From contig OZ245006.1 of the NCBI GenBank assembly GCA_965223545.1, forward strand, positions 5,472,001-5,536,000: a stretch of 64,000 nt of DNA, in the 5' to 3' direction. Made by a program: the position numbers and the translations under genes. The notes below the pieces were generated by a model, which ran no database searches, had not been told where the DNA came from, and was given only the letters and a program-made list of their open reading frames with translations. Positions 55,985-64,000 of the stretch are shown one piece after another (within the stretch, counting starts at the first letter, position 1; each line of letters opens with the position of its first letter). This DNA is from Planctomycetota bacterium. Lineage in GTDB: Bacteria; Planctomycetota; UBA1135; UBA2386.

Positions 55985-57286
55985 ATGCCCCCCCTCTCGC
56001 TGTCCCGGTGCGGCGCTGCCGTGCTCGTCCTGATCTCGGTCGCGTGCTCCGGCTCCGGAGGCGGCAGTCCGGTGGTGACCCCGGGCCAGACCGTCTCGGT
56101 GGTCGCCGAACGCTCCAGCGTCTGGGCCAACGGCATCGAGCCGGTGCAGATTGCGGTGGGCGTGCGGAATACTGCCGGGCAGCCGGTCGCCGGAGTCGCG
56201 GTGCAAGTGCGCACCACGGCGCGCGGCGTCGCGTTCGCTCCCGCCACTCCCCAGTCCACGGGCGCCGATGGTTTGGCACGCTTCGAGATGACCAGCGCCA
56301 TGCTCGGTGCGGTGGCCATCGAGGGGTTTGCCACCGCCGACCCCAGCCGCGCCGCGCGCGTCGTCGTCGACGCGGTGCGCCGCCGGATCGGAATCCTGGT
56401 GCAGGGCATTCGCTCGTCGCTGGTGCCCGGCGCTTCTCCCGCGTGGCCGGAGCTGGTCGATGCACTGGTCGGCGCGGGGTGGCAGCGGCCGGTGCGGGGC
56501 GCAGCCGAAGCGCAGGCAGAGTGGAACGACGGTCTGGACAACGACGGCGATGGCGCGGTCGACGACGGTGGACCGCTGCTGTTCGACTACAGCTACCGCG
56601 GTGGGGCGGTCGGAGTGACGCACGGCGCGTGGCTGCCCGCGGCCTACTCCTGCAGCGACACCGCCCAGGCGATCGCCACCTCGGCCTCGCTGTTGGCCGA
56701 GATGCTCGACGCGGTGGCGCGCGCCAACCCCAACACCGGCCTCGACGTCATCGGCCACAGCCAAGGTGGTTTGATCGCGCTGCAGGCGCTGAATGGCGTG
56801 CTGGCGCCGTCGCCGTCACCGGGCACGCTCGCGCTGGAAACGGTCGCCACCCTGGACGGCGCCCTCGGCGGCACCCCGCCGTTCGAGACCTGGATCACCC
56901 AGGTGTTCACCTGCTGGGGTGGCGCCGCCGCCGCCGACCTGCGCGCGTTCTGGTCCACCGCCACCGATCACACTCGCCAGGGCACCACCGCGCGCTCGCT
57001 CGCCGGCGTCGCGCACGAAGACCTCGTCCAGCTGGCCGCCGCCGCCGGCATCCGCACTCTCACCCTCGGCAGCCGCCAGGACTGCGTCTTCCGGCCGCAA
57101 GCCTGCGGGCCGCCCCTCACCGACAACAGCTCGACCCAAATCATCGACACCGCGGCCGGCGGCCTCCGCGACTTCGGCGCCGCCTGCCTCTGGCTACCGA
57201 CCATCAACACCTGCGTCCAGGACAGCCACGCCGCCGTCCTCCGCGACCCCACCGCCCAAACCGAGCTCCTCACCTTCCTGCGATAA
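55985..57286 (+). CDS. Lipoprotein with an invasin/Big-1 Ig-like domain and an alpha/beta hydrolase domain
   Basis: Lipobox SVAC; ANG...I.V.VRN..GQPV.G..V...TGADG.A.F (Big-1 pattern); GHSQGG elbow; C-terminal DSH. Confidence 0.75.
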   Translation: MPPLSLSRCGAAVLVLISVACSGSGGGSPVVTPGQTVSVVAERSSVWANGIEPVQIAVGVRNTAGQPVAGVAVQVRTTARGVAFAPATPQSTGADGLARFEMTSAMLGAVAIEGFATADPSRAARVVVDAVRRRIGILVQGIRSSLVPGASPAWPELVDALVGAGWQRPVRGAAEAQAEWNDGLDNDGDGAVDDGGPLLFDYSYRGGAVGVTHGAWLPAAYSCSDTAQAIATSASLLAEMLDAVARANPNTGLDVIGHSQGGLIALQALNGVLAPSPSPGTLALETVATLDGALGGTPPFETWITQVFTCWGGAAAADLRAFWSTATDHTRQGTTARSLAGVAHEDLVQLAAAAGIRTLTLGSRQDCVFRPQACGPPLTDNSSTQIIDTAAGGLRDFGAACLWLPTINTCVQDSHAAVLRDPTAQTELLTFLR

Positions 57287-57303
57287 GTACGGAGTCCGGC
57301 TCG
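57286..57303 (+). repeat. Dispersed REP-like motif copy AGTACGGAGTCCGGCTCG
   Basis: Overlaps the TAA stop and lies between convergent genes. Confidence 0.7.
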
Positions 57304-57312
57304 TTTTTCTCG

Positions 57313-57990
57313 CTACGTCCCCACCGCGCTCAGCCGCAACTCGATCTCGATCGTCGCCCGCGCGTTGCCATCCGCCGTCGTCGCGGCAGCGGGCTGCTGC
57401 TCGATGTGCACCGCGGTGCGCCCGTGCGTCTCGCAGTGGAACGAGAACCAATCGGTCTTGGCCCCGCGGCGCGGCACGGCCAACACCCCACTCGGTGATC
57501 CACTCGGGGTGAAAGGGAGGGGCGCGCCGCCCGCGGTGACCGCGACCGCGGTGGGCAACACCGCGTCCGCCCCGAGGGAGTCGTCGTAGAGCAACGCAGT
57601 GGCGAGCGCGGCGGAGGCCGTGCCGCCGGTGACCGCCGCGGTCAGTCGCGCGGCCAGCCGCGCGCTGGCTTCGACCCACCCCGCTGTGGTCCGCGGCATG
57701 TACTGGTAGGTGTGCGAGCGCGCTCCGGTTGCGTGGATGGCCGCGCGCACGGGTGCGCCGGGAGCGCCGGCCACGGCCGTCGCCGCCAGCTCCGCTTCGA
57801 GCGAGGTCCCGTGCGCCTGCACCTGCATCCAGACCGAAAGACCCGGTTCCGCGTGCGTGTGCGCCGGCTCGGCGCGGGCGTCGAGCGCGCTCACCAAGAC
57901 CCAGCCGGCGCCGATGCCACCGACGGCCGGCCGAGGCGGCACCCCGGCGGTCCCGAGCAGAAGTGCCACGATCAATCCCTGCGAGAGCAC
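57313..57990 (-). CDS. Hypothetical secreted protein
   Basis: Hydrophobic N-terminus and plausible codon usage; no recognisable motif. Confidence 0.5.
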   Translation of the reverse strand: MLSQGLIVALLLGTAGVPPRPAVGGIGAGWVLVSALDARAEPAHTHAEPGLSVWMQVQAHGTSLEAELAATAVAGAPGAPVRAAIHATGARSHTYQYMPRTTAGWVEASARLAARLTAAVTGGTASAALATALLYDDSLGADAVLPTAVAVTAGGAPLPFTPSGSPSGVLAVPRRGAKTDWFSFHCETHGRTAVHIEQQPAAATTADGNARATIEIELRLSAVGT

Positions 57991-58124
57991 ACCTTCCTCC
58001 TTTCCCTGGTGGGCGCGGCGCCGCCGCCGCTCCAGCAGTAAAGGGGTTGGCCATCGCGATTCCGCGCCGCGGTCGCCGCGAGATTTCTTGCCACGCGCGA
58101 CTGCTTCCGTGGCATACCGCGACG

Positions 58125-61100
58125 ATGCCTGTGCGCCGAGAGGATGGCCGCGAACGCGAAAGCGCCGCCGATTCGGGCTTTCGCCGCTACGTCGAACGCG
58201 GCGATCCCGAGGCTCTCGCCCGCGTGTTCGACTCCTGCGCGCCGCGCTTGTACGCCGCTGCGCTGCGCCTCACGCGCGACCCCGCCGAGGCCGAGGACCT
58301 GGTGCAGGAGACCTTCTTGACCGCCATCGAGGCGCGGTCGGAGTTCGGCACAGGCCGGCCGCTGATGCCCTGGCTGCTCGGCATCCTCACCAATCGGGCG
58401 CGGCACGCGCGGCGCCGCGCCGCGCTGCGTCCGCCGCGCGAAGCCGGGCCCGAGCCGCCACCGCGGCCCGTGGACGAGGCGGTCTCGCGCGAGCTCCGCG
58501 CCGAGGTCGGCGACGCGATCGATGGCACTGCCGAGCCGTATCGCACCGTGTTGGTGCTGCACGTCCTCCACGGCCTGACCCCGCTCCAAGTCGCGCACGC
58601 GCTGGCGCGGCCGGCAGGCACCGTGCGCTCGCAGATCGCGCGGGGTCTGTCGATGCTGCGCGGCAAGCTGTCGGCGTCTGTGCTCACCGCGGTGCTGGCC
58701 ATGGGCGTCGATCGGGGCTTGTCGGCGGCCCGTGCGACGGTGTTGTCGGCGGCGGTCGCCAGTGGAGGGGCAACTGCCGCTCCCGCCGCGGTCGCGGCCC
58801 TTGCGATTCCCTTGACGATGGTGGTCGGTATGTCGAAGTGGTTGTTGGGTGTGGCCGTGGTCTGCGCCGCGCTGTGGTTGGCTTGGAGCATCGGCCCGCC
58901 CGTGGGCGGCACCGCGACGGAGGTGCCGCATGCCGAGCCGGCGGTGACCCTCGCCGCCGACGTGCCCGCCGGCTCCGAGGTCGTCGACCCCGCGGCGAGT
59001 GTCCGGGCGCAGATCGTTTCACCAACGTCTCCCGCCGGAGGAGTCGAGCTGACGGCCGTGCTGGTCGAGGCGGCGACCGGGCGTCCGGTGCCGGATCTCG
59101 GAGTCGCGTTCGTCGCGATGGCTGCTCGGCCGCACGCCGATCGCCTGGACGTCGCCGAGGCCGTGGCCGGCGCTGCGATCACATCCTCGGATCGCACCGG
59201 TCGCGTCGTCGTGCCGCTGCCGCCCGAGACCACGGGGTATCTGCGCCTGGCGGGCTCGGCGTGGGCGTTCGCCGGCGGACAGCCGTGGGGCTTGCCGATC
59301 GCCGGAGTGCTCGCCGACTTCGACCTCGGCGAAGTGGCCGTGGTCCCGGCCGCGCGGTTGCGAGGCGTGGTGCTGGACGAGGCCGGCGCCGGCATCGAAG
59401 GTGCGTCGGTGGTGTGCGTGCCCGCGGACCGACCCGGCCTGGCCCGGTCGAAACGCTTGGAGGTCGAGACCGATCGGCGCGGAGAGTTCGAGCTCGCCGA
59501 GCTCGGTCGTGGCGCGATGGTGTTGTGCGTCGCCGCCAGCGGCTACACCCCTGCGCAGCGCAACCTGTACGTGATCGCCGGTCAGGCGCCGCCAGCGCAG
59601 CGGCTCGTACTGCGCACCGGCCACACTCTGCGGGGCGTGGTGGTGGACGATCGCGGCATGCCGGTCGCCGGCGCCCGCGTGTTCCCGGTCCACCAGCGCC
59701 AGTTCGACCAGATGACCGTGCGCGGGCCGGTCGAGGGTTGTGCGGTGGCGACCGGAGCGGACGGCAGCTTCGCGCTCGGCGGGATGCCGCCCGACCTGGT
59801 GACGGTCGTCGTGCGTGCCGGCGGTCACCAAGACGGTCGTTTCACGCGCCTCGATCTGCACCGAATGCACCGCCTGCCGATTCCGCGCAGCGCCGAGCTG
59901 CACGGTCGGCTGTGCGACACCGCCGGCACGCCGGTCGTCGATGCGGCGCTGGTTTGGCAGAACGACGAGAGGGACTACGTCGAGGGCCGCACCGGTGCGG
60001 GAGGCCAGTTCTCGCTCGAAGTCGCGCCGGTGCGCGGCACTCTGCGACTCGGCGGTGAGTCGCTGGCACAGGTCGAGCCGGCGCGTGGCGACCGGCGCGA
60101 CCTCGGTGTCCTGCGCATTCCGGTCCGCGGCACGATCGTCGTCGAGCTTGTCGGCCCGTCGCCGGCGGTCGGCGTCGAGGTGCAGCTGAGCGAGTGGTCG
60201 GAGGCCGACGGGCCACCGGGTCGGCGCGTCGCATCAGCGTTGGCGCGCGGCGGTGGCGCGCGGTTCGACGCGGTGGCGCCGGGGGCTTATGCGGTATCGG
60301 TCGAGCACGGGCCGTGGCTGGCCGCGCCCGAACGTGTCGTGGTCCGGGCCGGCGAGACGGTGCGGGCGCGCGTCGTCGCCGCCCGCGGTGGCACCGTGCT
60401 GGCGCGGCTCCGCACTGCGGATGGGCGCCCTGCGATCGACCGAGAAGTGGTCCTGAGTGCCGACGCCGACCAGCCGTCCAAGTCGGAGCGGGTCGGGGCC
60501 GATGGCTGGGTGCGCTTCGGCCCGTTGGCCGCCGGCGGCTACGAGTTGGCGCTGTTCGAACCGGGACTGGAATGGCGCGTGTTCGGCTCGGTCGTGGCCG
60601 TCGGTGGCTCCGCGCCGGTCATTCTGCGGGAGAGCGTGTCGGTCGCGCACGGCGAGACCGTCCGCGTCGAGTGGACGTTGCCGCGTCGCGCCTCGGTAGG
60701 CGGCGTGGTGCGCGACGCGAACGGCCCGGTGGTCGGTGCCAAGTTGGTGCTGTCGCAGGCCGGCGGTGCGAACTCGCGGGGCAGCCATCGCACGACGCAC
60801 TCCGGCGCCGCCGGCCAGTTCGCGTTCGAAGACGCCGCCGAGGGCACCTATGAGCTCAGCTATTCGAGGGCGGGCGCGCCTGGTCGCAGCGGTCAGCGCA
60901 TCGAGCTGTTGCCGGGTGAAGACCGGCACGTCGACTGCGTGCTCGACGACGTGCCGGTCACCGTGCGCTGCGTCGACGCGCGCGACGGCCGCCCGGTGCC
61001 GGGTGCGCGGTTGGTGGTGCAGCACGACGACGGCCTGTCGTCGTGGCAGGCGCCGTCGCTCCGGGCGCACGACGGCGGCATGCCGGTCGAAGTCGAGATG

Positions 61101-61544
61101 CGTGACCACCTGCCCTGGGCGGCCGCCGGCGCCGACGGCACGATCCGAACCCGCGTGCCCCGCGGAGTCGGCGAGCTGCGCTGCGGCGCCGCCGGGTTCG
61201 CGACGGTCACCGTGCGCAGTGGCGCGTTGCCGACACGTGGAGTGGACCTCGGCGAGGTCGCGCTGCGACCCGTCGCGCGCATCGTCGGCACGACCCGCCG
61301 CCAGGGGGCGTTGGCCCTGGACACCCAGCTCTACCACCGGCAAGTCGCGCCCGAAGAGACCGAATGGCGCCCGCACTTCGCCCCGGATGGCACCTTCGAG
61401 CTGCGGCTCGAGCCGGGCACGCACGAGGTGCGTGCGGCGGCGCGCTCGTCCGGCCCACCGGACACGTTCGGCCCATCGGTGCGCGTCGAGCTCGCCGCCG
61501 GCGAGACCGAGCGCACCGAGGTCGAAGTGCCCCCGCAGCGCTGA
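58125..61544 (+). CDS. ECF sigma factor fused via a TM helix to carboxypeptidase-regulatory-like repeats
   Basis: Region 2 AEDLVQETF...WLLGILTN; region 4 YRTVLVL....L...QVA..L..PAGTVRSQIARG; TM KWLLGVAVVCAALWLAW; repeated G.V.D..G.PV.GA.V...T..DG.F. Confidence 0.9.
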   Translation: MPVRREDGRERESAADSGFRRYVERGDPEALARVFDSCAPRLYAAALRLTRDPAEAEDLVQETFLTAIEARSEFGTGRPLMPWLLGILTNRARHARRRAALRPPREAGPEPPPRPVDEAVSRELRAEVGDAIDGTAEPYRTVLVLHVLHGLTPLQVAHALARPAGTVRSQIARGLSMLRGKLSASVLTAVLAMGVDRGLSAARATVLSAAVASGGATAAPAAVAALAIPLTMVVGMSKWLLGVAVVCAALWLAWSIGPPVGGTATEVPHAEPAVTLAADVPAGSEVVDPAASVRAQIVSPTSPAGGVELTAVLVEAATGRPVPDLGVAFVAMAARPHADRLDVAEAVAGAAITSSDRTGRVVVPLPPETTGYLRLAGSAWAFAGGQPWGLPIAGVLADFDLGEVAVVPAARLRGVVLDEAGAGIEGASVVCVPADRPGLARSKRLEVETDRRGEFELAELGRGAMVLCVAASGYTPAQRNLYVIAGQAPPAQRLVLRTGHTLRGVVVDDRGMPVAGARVFPVHQRQFDQMTVRGPVEGCAVATGADGSFALGGMPPDLVTVVVRAGGHQDGRFTRLDLHRMHRLPIPRSAELHGRLCDTAGTPVVDAALVWQNDERDYVEGRTGAGGQFSLEVAPVRGTLRLGGESLAQVEPARGDRRDLGVLRIPVRGTIVVELVGPSPAVGVEVQLSEWSEADGPPGRRVASALARGGGARFDAVAPGAYAVSVEHGPWLAAPERVVVRAGETVRARVVAARGGTVLARLRTADGRPAIDREVVLSADADQPSKSERVGADGWVRFGPLAAGGYELALFEPGLEWRVFGSVVAVGGSAPVILRESVSVAHGETVRVEWTLPRRASVGGVVRDANGPVVGAKLVLSQAGGANSRGSHRTTHSGAAGQFAFEDAAEGTYELSYSRAGAPGRSGQRIELLPGEDRHVDCVLDDVPVTVRCVDARDGRPVPGARLVVQHDDGLSSWQAPSLRAHDGGMPVEVEMRDHLPWAAAGADGTIRTRVPRGVGELRCGAAGFATVTVRSGALPTRGVDLGEVALRPVARIVGTTRRQGALALDTQLYHRQVAPEETEWRPHFAPDGTFELRLEPGTHEVRAAARSSGPPDTFGPSVRVELAAGETERTEVEVPPQR

Positions 61545-61676
61545 ACGGTCGATCGGACCGCACGGTCGGCGCCACGGCGCCGGCCCACACGCGCGGGATT
61601 CCGCCCCGGCGCCCCACATCCACCGCCGCGGTCACGTAGAACGGACAGTCTCGCTCGTTCCACGGCTCTCTCCTCG

Positions 61677-64000
61677 ATGCTCGATCACCGCTTCCTCCGC
61701 GTCGTCGCTCCCGTTCTGCTCTTCTGCCCGCTGGCGGCCCAAGAGGTCTCGGCCGACCTGCTGTCCGGCCTGCGCGCCCGCTCGATCGGTCCCGCCGGGA
61801 TGAGCGGGCGTGTCACCGCGGTGCACGGCGTGCCGCAGCAGCCCAACACCATCTACGTCGGGGCGGCGACCGGGGGCCTGTGGAAGTCGACCGACGGTGG
61901 GCTTTCGTTCGCCCCGATCTTCGACGACCAGCCGTGCGCCTCGATCGGTGCCATCGCCGTCCACCCGCGCCGGCCCGACGTCGTGTGGATCGGTACCGGC
62001 GAGGGCAACCCGCGCAACAGCGTCTCGGTCGGCCGCGGTGTGTTCCGCTCCGACGACGGCGGCCGCAGTTGGCGCCACCTCGGCTTGGAGAACACCGAGC
62101 GCATCCGCCGCATCCGCGTCCACCCCGACGACCCAGACGTCGCGTTCGTCGCGGCGCTGGGGACGACCTGGGGCGAGAACGAGCAGCGCGGCGTGTTCAA
62201 GACCGTCGACGGCGGCCGCACCTGGGAGAAGGTGCTCTACGTCGACAAGAAGACCGGCTGCGCCAACTTGGTGATGGACCCGCGCAACCCCGACAAGCTG
62301 TTCGCCAACATGTGGGAGCACCGGCGCTGGCCGTGGTTCTTCCGCTCGGGTGGGCCGGGTTCGGGGCTCTACCGCACGCTCGATGGCGGGTCGACCTGGC
62401 AGCAGCTCGGCGAGGCCGAGGGCCTGCCCGCCGGCGACCTCGGCCGCATCGGCTTGGCCATCGCCGCCTCCAATCCCGACCGCGTCTACGCGCTGGTCGA
62501 GGCGAAGAAGAGCGCGCTGCTGCGCTCCGAAGACGGCGGCCGGCGGTTTCGCGTGGTCAACGACGACGACGGCATCGCGCCGCGCCCGTTCTACTACGCC
62601 GACATCAGAGTCGATCCGCACGACGAGGACCGGCTGATCAACATCCACACCACGGTGACGGTGTCGGAGGACGGCGGCGAGTCGTTCGAGACGCTGATCC
62701 CCTACAACGAGATCCACCCCGACCACCACGCCATGTGGATCCACCCCGACGACCCGTCGTTCATCATCGACGGCAACGACGGTGGGGTGGCGATCAGTCG
62801 CGACCGGGGCGCGACCTGGCGCTACGTGACCAACCTGCCGCTCGGCCAGTACTACCACATCGATGTCGACATGGACCTGCCCTACAACGTGTACGGCGGG
62901 ATGCAGGACAACGGCTCGTGGCGCGGCCCGAGCGCGGTGTGGGAGAACGGCGGCATCCGCAACCACCACTGGCACGAGGTCTGCTTCGGCGACGGCTTCC
63001 AGACCCTGCCGCACCCCGAGGAGTTCGACGTCGGCTACGCGATGAGCCAGCAGGGCAACCTGGTGCGCTACGACGTGCGCACCGGCGCGCGCAAGGACAT
63101 CAAGCCCGCCGATCCCGACGGCGTCGAGCTGCGATTCAACTGGAACGCCGGCATCGCGCAGGACCCGTTCGACGCCGACACGATCTACTTCGGCAGCCAG
63201 CACGTGCACGTCTCGCGGGATCGCGGCGATCACTGGGAGACGATCAGTGAGGACCTGACCACCGACTACGCCGGCTGGCAGAAGCAGGCCGAGAGCGGCG
63301 GGTTGACCTTCGACGTCACCGGCGCCGAGAACTACACCACCATCCTCGCGATCGCGCCGAGTGCGGCGAAGAAGGGCGTGCTCTGGGTCGGCACCGACGA
63401 CGGCCGGCTGCACGTGACCAAGGACGGCGGCCAGCACTGGACCTCGGTCGAGCAGCGCGTGCCCGACGTGCCGCGCAACACGTGGATCCCGCACATCGAG
63501 GCCAGCCGGCACGACGCCGGCACCGCGTTCGTCGTCTTCGACGACCACCGGCGCGCCAACTGGACTCCATACGTGTTCCGCACCGACGACTACGGCGAGA
63601 CCTGGACGTCGATCGCCACCGACGCCATCGACGGCTACTGCTTGGTGATCGAGCAGGATCCGGTCAATCCCGATCTGCTGTTCTTGGGCACCGAGTTCGG
63701 GCTCTACTTCACCATCGACGCCGGCGCCCACTGGAACCGGTTCGAAGGTGGCTTTCCGACCGTCTCCGCGATGGACATGGTCGTGCACCCGCGCGATGGC
63801 GACCTCGTCGTCGGCACGCACGGCCGCTCGGCGTGGGTGATCGACGACATCCGCCCGCTGCGCGGGCTGGCGGAGGCGATGGAGCAGGCGCTGGTCGTGT
63901 TCGAGGCGCCGCCGGTGTACCAGTACACGGTCAAGCAGACCGCTCCGCCGCGGTTCACCGGCGCGACCGAGTTTCGCGGCGACAACCGACCGCGCGGCGC
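61677..64000 (+). CDS. VPS10/sortilin-like BNR-repeat glycosyl hydrolase (3' end runs off the window)
   Basis: Not in the ORF track. Manual translation gives MLDHRFLRVVAPVLLFCPLAAQ...LRARSIGPAGMSGRVTAV, GTGEGNPRNS, YGGMQDNG, RFNWN and GTEFGL; paralogue of 47732..51004. Confidence 0.9.
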   Translation, partial: MLDHRFLRVVAPVLLFCPLAAQEVSADLLSGLRARSIGPAGMSGRVTAVHGVPQQPNTIYVGAATGGLWKSTDGGLSFAPIFDDQPCASIGAIAVHPRRPDVVWIGTGEGNPRNSVSVGRGVFRSDDGGRSWRHLGLENTERIRRIRVHPDDPDVAFVAALGTTWGENEQRGVFKTVDGGRTWEKVLYVDKKTGCANLVMDPRNPDKLFANMWEHRRWPWFFRSGGPGSGLYRTLDGGSTWQQLGEAEGLPAGDLGRIGLAIAASNPDRVYALVEAKKSALLRSEDGGRRFRVVNDDDGIAPRPFYYADIRVDPHDEDRLINIHTTVTVSEDGGESFETLIPYNEIHPDHHAMWIHPDDPSFIIDGNDGGVAISRDRGATWRYVTNLPLGQYYHIDVDMDLPYNVYGGMQDNGSWRGPSAVWENGGIRNHHWHEVCFGDGFQTLPHPEEFDVGYAMSQQGNLVRYDVRTGARKDIKPADPDGVELRFNWNAGIAQDPFDADTIYFGSQHVHVSRDRGDHWETISEDLTTDYAGWQKQAESGGLTFDVTGAENYTTILAIAPSAAKKGVLWVGTDDGRLHVTKDGGQHWTSVEQRVPDVPRNTWIPHIEASRHDAGTAFVVFDDHRRANWTPYVFRTDDYGETWTSIATDAIDGYCLVIEQDPVNPDLLFLGTEFGLYFTIDAGAHWNRFEGGFPTVSAMDMVVHPRDGDLVVGTHGRSAWVIDDIRPLRGLAEAMEQALVVFEAPPVYQYTVKQTAPPRFTGATEFRGDNRPRG

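Noticed and set aside
2406..63821. Many long antisense or alternative-frame ORFs in the track (e.g. 5066..7975, 8928..11792, 25016..28414, 36022..38886, 42570..45620, 61632..63821)
   Set aside because: Shadow ORFs of high-GC coding regions: Arg/Ala/Gly-rich, no motifs, and overlapping well-supported genes.
1..64000. tRNA, rRNA, integrase, prophage or defence-system genes
   Set aside because: No cloverleaf or rRNA signatures and no recognisable motifs found by eye; covariance-model and HMM searches would be needed to exclude small RNAs.

Overview
Very GC-rich bacterial DNA, probably from an uncultured Planctomycetota lineage; this is inferred from planctomycete-type cytochrome c domains, ECF sigma factors with long C-terminal extensions, and many secreted repeat proteins. 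About 35 genes are recognisable. They include a ROK-regulated beta-1,3-glucan (laminarin) utilisation locus (two tandem CBM-like secreted paralogues, a sugar porter, GH16 and a GH149-like phosphorylase). There is also a bufferin-like MNIO (DUF692/DUF2063) RiPP operon with a 12-Cys repeat precursor, translationally coupled to a GT4-GT2 fusion. Housekeeping genes are dus, metF and pepP; two ECF-sigma/carboxypeptidase-regulatory fusions (one broken) and two VPS10/BNR glycosyl hydrolases are also present. Three patterns are not explained by the gene list. (1) At least nine unrelated secreted proteins end in the same ~40-aa C-terminal motif, a candidate sorting or anchoring domain. (2) Three times, an intact gene is followed by a compositionally foreign cargo gene and then a diverged direct-repeat fragment of the intact gene. 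(3) A dispersed intergenic 17-bp REP-like motif sits in strand-skewed tracts. No rRNA, tRNA or CRISPR array was seen. All family calls are from motif recognition by eye, not from database searches.
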